Of a stretch of DNA of 11,961 nt, positions 8,171 to 11,961 are shown piece by piece. Positions within the stretch are counted from its first letter, which is position 1. Each line of letters opens with the position of its first letter. The notes under the pieces were generated by a model that was not told the origin of the DNA, ran no database searches, and worked only from the letters and a program-made list of their open reading frames with translations. Source of the DNA: Promethearchaeia archaeon (GTDB lineage: Archaea; Asgardarchaeota; Lokiarchaeia; Sigyniarchaeales; SOKP01); the NCBI GenBank assembly GCA_029856155.1, contig JAHQWL010000006.1:1-11961 (forward strand). The letters are read 5' to 3'. The translations under genes were made by a program, and so were the position numbers.

Positions 8171-9907
8171 ATGTACCATTTAGACGATGATGAATATTTA
8201 AAGATACCTTATTATCGCAAAACGCGTAGCGTTTGTCCAGAATGTTTAGAACCAATTGGTGCCGAAGTTTATGAAGATAATGATGAAATTTGGATGAAAA
8301 AAACTTGTGAAGAACATGGTGAATTCAAGGATAAGATAAGCAGTTCTGCTAAATATTATAAATGGACCCATTGGGCCATAAAAGATAAAGATGGAAAGAT
8401 TATTTGGAAATTTGATAAAGATGGAGAAGCAAATCCTCCTGATTGCGGTGGTGATGATCCACGAGGTTGTCCTTACAACTGTGGTCTATGCCCAGAGCAT
8501 CTTTCAACTTGCTCCTTAGCATTAATTGACTTAACCAATCGCTGTAATTTTAATTGTAATTTCTGTTATGCAAACGTACAAAAATCTGGTTATTTAGTTG
8601 AACCGTCTTTAGAAGAAATTGACAGAATTATGAAGCATTTCAGAAGTAAGCCTATCCCCGCGATTGCAATAATGTTTACCGGTGGAGAACCAACAGTTAG
8701 AAAAGATTTTCCCGAAATTTGTAAAATGGCAAAAGATAATGGATTCAAAGAGGTTATTGTAGCTACAAATGGTTATGGTTTTCAACAGAAAAATGGTGGT
8801 CTTGAGTGGACTAAAAAAGTAAAAGAGGCAGGATTAGATACACTTTACTTCCAATTCGATGGAATCAACGATATTACATATGAAAAAACGAGAGGTATTA
8901 AGAATCTCATGGTATACAAACAAAGAGTCATCAATAATTGCCGTAAGGCTAAACTTGATTCTATTGTATTAGTTGCTACAATTGCTAAGGGAATTACTGA
9001 TATTGAGGTTGGAAATATCATTCAATATGCTATTGATAATGTAGATGTTGTACGAGGTATTACCTTCCAACCTGTATCTCTATGCGGGCGTATCGCATTT
9101 GAAGAAAGACAGGATTTAAGAATCACCAACGCAGATGTGCTAAAGGTTATAGAGGAACAAACTGGTGGAAAAATAGCGATGGAAAATGCGTGGTATCCTT
9201 TAAGTACTATTGTGGAATTTGGCAGAGTCATAGCCTATTTGGCGGATGTTGAACCGATAGAATTTACTTGTCATCCTGATTGTGGTTTTGCGAGCTATAT
9301 GGTAGTAGATCCAGATTCGGGCGAAATGATGCCGATAATGGAATATTTCGATCCTTTAAAAGTCATAGATTTTGCTAACCGTTTTTGGGAGAAAATTAAA
9401 CATAAAGAAAAGAAAGAACTCAGAGTTTTTGAAGATTTATTAGGTGATTTTGGTAAAACTTTAGATAAAGGTTTAAATTTTCTTGATAAGACTCAATTAA
9501 GAGCAAGATTTTTATTAGGAATACTGCAATATATGAAAAAACCGGGAAAACTCATGGAAATGTTTTCAAGACTTTTAATGCGTGGAGATTGGGAGAGTGT
9601 AAGCTCTTTTAGTTATGGTGCGTTGCTACTTTCCAGTATGCATTTTCAAGATGCTTATAACCTGGATATCGAAAGAACAAAAAGATGCATCGTACATTTT
9701 GGAGTTGCAATGCCAGATAAAAGCGTGAAGGAAATAAGTTTTTGTACAATGAATACACTTCATAGGCCTATAATTGAGAAACAAATAGCAAAACAAATAA
9801 CAGCAAAAGTTAAAAATGAGTTTGACACCACCACAGGTCAATCTGTAGAAGAAATTGAACAAGAAGTAGCCCGTAATGGTGGAATTACTAAGGAGGAGGA
9901 TACCTAG
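8171..9907 (+). CDS. tes: Radical SAM enzyme of the tetraether lipid synthase (Tes / GDGT-MAS, MJ0619) family
   Basis: N-terminal rubredoxin-like site (SVCPEC...KTCEEHG), auxiliary cluster motif CPYNCGLCPEH, radical SAM CxxxCxxC (C125/C129/C132), TGGEPT, ATNG, QFDG, FQPVS, and C-terminal cluster region CHPDCG...MHFQDAYNLD.ER..RC..H...FCT.N. Confidence 0.85.
   Translation: MYHLDDDEYLKIPYYRKTRSVCPECLEPIGAEVYEDNDEIWMKKTCEEHGEFKDKISSSAKYYKWTHWAIKDKDGKIIWKFDKDGEANPPDCGGDDPRGCPYNCGLCPEHLSTCSLALIDLTNRCNFNCNFCYANVQKSGYLVEPSLEEIDRIMKHFRSKPIPAIAIMFTGGEPTVRKDFPEICKMAKDNGFKEVIVATNGYGFQQKNGGLEWTKKVKEAGLDTLYFQFDGINDITYEKTRGIKNLMVYKQRVINNCRKAKLDSIVLVATIAKGITDIEVGNIIQYAIDNVDVVRGITFQPVSLCGRIAFEERQDLRITNADVLKVIEEQTGGKIAMENAWYPLSTIVEFGRVIAYLADVEPIEFTCHPDCGFASYMVVDPDSGEMMPIMEYFDPLKVIDFANRFWEKIKHKEKKELRVFEDLLGDFGKTLDKGLNFLDKTQLRARFLLGILQYMKKPGKLMEMFSRLLMRGDWESVSSFSYGALLLSSMHFQDAYNLDIERTKRCIVHFGVAMPDKSVKEISFCTMNTLHRPIIEKQIAKQITAKVKNEFDTTTGQSVEEIEQEVARNGGITKEEDT
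9891..9899 (+). promoter_or_regulatory. Shine-Dalgarno for the 95-aa ORF, embedded in the tes 3' end
   Basis: AGGAGGAGG ending 8 nt before the ATG at 9908. Confidence 0.6.
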
Positions 9908-10195
9908 ATGCCTGAAGAATTCGTTGAAGATAAAGATGGGATGAAAATCCGTAAACTAGCAGAGCTAAGAACCGTTACGAATAAAGATTATGAAGAAGCT
10001 ATGATTAAGCGAGTAGATGAATTTAAGGAACAAAAGAAAGAAAAGTCACAGTTCAATGATGTCCTTCAAAACACGTTTTTTAAAGCTTTAAGTACTGCTT
10101 TTGATTTAAAAGTGCAAGTTGATAAAGCTATTGGAGAAGATAATTTAAAGAAGCTTCATAAGGCAATTGATGAAATTCTATTATTAGGGCTTTAA
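9908..10195 (+). CDS. Hypothetical helical protein, 95 aa, probably co-transcribed with tes
   Basis: ATG directly follows the tes TAG with a 0-bp gap, strong SD, protein-like composition, T-rich tract after the stop. Confidence 0.85.
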   Translation: MPEEFVEDKDGMKIRKLAELRTVTNKDYEEAMIKRVDEFKEQKKEKSQFNDVLQNTFFKALSTAFDLKVQVDKAIGEDNLKKLHKAIDEILLLGL

Positions 10196-10229
10196 TTTCA
10201 CCTTTTAATTTAATTTTTATTTTCTAATT
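10196..10229 (+). terminator. T-rich tract, putative archaeal terminator of the tes-orf95 transcript
   Basis: TTTCACCTTTTAATTTAATTTTTATTTTCTAATT immediately after the stop codon. Confidence 0.35.
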
Positions 10230-10376
10230 CACATCCCTTTGTTAATACTTCTTTTTAAGTTAAGCAATTATTGTATTCAGAAATTAAAACTATAAATATC
10301 TTAAAAAAAAAGTATAATATAACAAATTTTTCTCAAATTTTTAGAGAGATAATTTAAAACAATAAAGTGTTTTAAT

Positions 10377-11639
10377 ATGGAAAAAGAAAATTCTGGAAAA
10401 GGTTCATATTTTAGATATATGTTTTTTATTTTAATGTTGACACAGATTCTCGATTCTTATGCTACACTTTTTCCTGGAGTAATTCCTTCGGCAATCGCGG
10501 GTGATTTTTTAACTGGCTTATCAACTAATAGACAAGACTCTATAATGGCTTTTGCGAGCGCTTTAGTTACAATTGGTATGGTTTTTCTCTTTTTTAGTCA
10601 ATATTTATCAGATAAACTTGGAAGAAAGAAGATGCTCGGGATTACAGTAGGGGGAATTGCGGTTGCATCATTAGGAATGTTTTTATCTACAAACTATGTC
10701 ATGTATATGATTTTTGTATTTTTCTTATACTTTTTTTTCTCATCAGATATATGGTTGATTTATATTAACGAAGAAGTTGAGTCGAACAAGCGTGCATTTT
10801 ACTCTAATATAGTTATGATGGTTGGCTTAGTGGGGGCTATTATAATGGTGATATTTCGATTGATTTTCATAACAGAAACGGATCCTTTTTGGCAAGGGAT
10901 GACGTTATTCCCGATGGTTTTCGGGTTCTTATTATGCATGATAATTTTCTTAACATTAAAAGAGCCATCGAAATTTAGGTTAATGAAAGAGAGTGGATCG
11001 TTTGAATCGAGATCATTTAAAGAAGATGTCAAATCAATTTTTAAAATAGAGAATCGCAAACCCTATCTGTTTCTTTTACTTATCGTCTTTCTACGTGGAG
11101 GATCATCAATATATCTAAATTTATTTGAAAAATATATTCATAACGTTGGCACTTTAACTCAAGACCAAGTTACAAGTATTTTTTTCCTTACAATTTTTAC
11201 AGTTTTGATTGCATATGGATTGAATGGATTCCTCGCCGATCGAATTGGAAGAAAACCCTTATTATATCTCTGGTTTTCTTTAGCACCTGTATCAGTAATA
11301 ATATGGGTAATTGGAGCTCAAAATACCAAAAATGCTTATGGTATCGTCATGTGTGGATATGCAATGAGTCATATCGCTTTCTGGGGTTCTATAGGGATTA
11401 TTAGACTTATTACGATAGAAACACTTCCCACTGATAGAAGGGGTACTGGTGTAGGATTTAGGAGTTTAATAGGAGCGGTGGGAGGCACAATAGGATTATT
11501 ATCTAGTAGTGTTGTTATTTTATCATTGGGATTAGGTCCTACGTTCATTATATTTGTGATGGGCAATTTAGTGGTTATACCCTTAGCTGTTTTATTCCTT
11601 AAAGAAACTAAGGGCGTTGAGCTCTCTGAAATTAAATAG
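10377..11639 (+). CDS. Major facilitator superfamily (MFS) transporter
   Basis: About 12 hydrophobic segments, motif A in both halves (LSDKLGRKK; GFLADRIGRKP), ETLPTDRRGTG and terminal LKETKG of sugar-porter/SHS-like MFS. Substrate not assignable. Confidence 0.92.
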   Translation: MEKENSGKGSYFRYMFFILMLTQILDSYATLFPGVIPSAIAGDFLTGLSTNRQDSIMAFASALVTIGMVFLFFSQYLSDKLGRKKMLGITVGGIAVASLGMFLSTNYVMYMIFVFFLYFFFSSDIWLIYINEEVESNKRAFYSNIVMMVGLVGAIIMVIFRLIFITETDPFWQGMTLFPMVFGFLLCMIIFLTLKEPSKFRLMKESGSFESRSFKEDVKSIFKIENRKPYLFLLLIVFLRGGSSIYLNLFEKYIHNVGTLTQDQVTSIFFLTIFTVLIAYGLNGFLADRIGRKPLLYLWFSLAPVSVIIWVIGAQNTKNAYGIVMCGYAMSHIAFWGSIGIIRLITIETLPTDRRGTGVGFRSLIGAVGGTIGLLSSSVVILSLGLGPTFIIFVMGNLVVIPLAVLFLKETKGVELSEIK

Positions 11640-11757
11640 TGAATAAATTATATAGGAAATAACTCATACTTTTTTTTATAATTTTTTACTCGAAATTCAT
11701 CTCCTTGTTTGCATTTTTTTTCATAACTTATTTTTAAAATCACAGTTTAGTTATACT

Positions 11758-11961
11758 ATGGTTTATAACTCTCTCACCTTACCAGTTACAATTTTTTATA
11801 TAGGTAATGGGTTTGTTCACCTTTATTATGCTCAAAAGTTAAAAAAGAAGTATCCAGAGCATAATTTTATAAATTCATTTTTAATATTTTTATTATGGAT
11901 TGTAGCTGGTGTTTCTTTTCCTATCTTTTTTATAAGAGATACGAGTCAAGTAAGATGGTTT
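11758..11961 (+). CDS. N-terminus of a membrane protein, truncated by the window end (not in the ORF track)
   Basis: Open frame from ATG 11758 to the end: MVYNSLTLPVTIFYIGNGFVHLYYAQKLKKKYPEHNFINSFLIFLLWIVAGVSFPIFFIRDTSQVRWF. Two hydrophobic segments flank a basic loop, with TTTTTAAA about 20-27 nt upstream. Confidence 0.65.
   Translation, partial: MVYNSLTLPVTIFYIGNGFVHLYYAQKLKKKYPEHNFINSFLIFLLWIVAGVSFPIFFIRDTSQVRWF

Noticed and set aside
9022-9862. Minus-strand ORFs 9022-9231 and 9626-9862 (the latter Cys-rich)
   Set aside because: Antisense within tes; the Cys content comes from reverse-complemented ACA/GCA codons.
8171-9907. Legacy annotation of this family as 7,8-dihydro-6-hydroxymethylpterin dimethyltransferase or MoaA-like
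   Set aside because: The MJ0619 family has been reassigned as tetraether lipid synthase, and the extra N- and C-terminal metal motifs fit that family rather than MoaA.
9905-9910. In-frame TAG between tes and orf95; amber or pyrrolysine readthrough would give a 674-aa fusion
   Set aside because: orf95 has its own strong SD and ATG, and the hydrolase and MFS genes end at TAG at normal family length, so TAG behaves as a stop.
10799-11566. Minus-strand ORFs 10799-11059 and 11369-11566
   Set aside because: Antisense shadows of the MFS gene.

Overview
AT-rich, gene-dense chromosomal window that looks archaeal: TATA-like boxes, GAGGTGA-type Shine-Dalgarno motifs, T-tract gene ends and a tetraether-lipid-synthase-family radical SAM gene. 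Composition and protein style suggest an Asgard (Lokiarchaeia-like) genome; this is inference and was not tested. Gene order: 5'-truncated membrane-anchored PHP phosphoesterase (+), 152-aa unknown with an acidic tail ending in YYI (-), epoxide-hydrolase-type alpha/beta hydrolase (-), 70-aa internally repeated small protein (-), a ~490-bp intergenic region with overlapping palindromes, TetR regulator (+), Rho-N/HEH + SWIM + OB-fold protein (+), an SDR split by a -1 frameshift at an A7 run (+), nicotinate phosphoribosyltransferase (-), Tes/GDGT-MAS-family radical SAM enzyme (+) with an abutting 95-aa ORF (+), MFS transporter (+), and a 3'-truncated membrane protein (+). I saw no rRNA, tRNA, CRISPR array or transposase. 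Best leads: the Tes homologue has Phe where the characterised enzyme has active-site Tyr459 and is coupled to an unknown small gene; a candidate HbYX-tailed proteasome interactor; the HEH-SWIM-OB protein; and a FadR-box-like palindrome.
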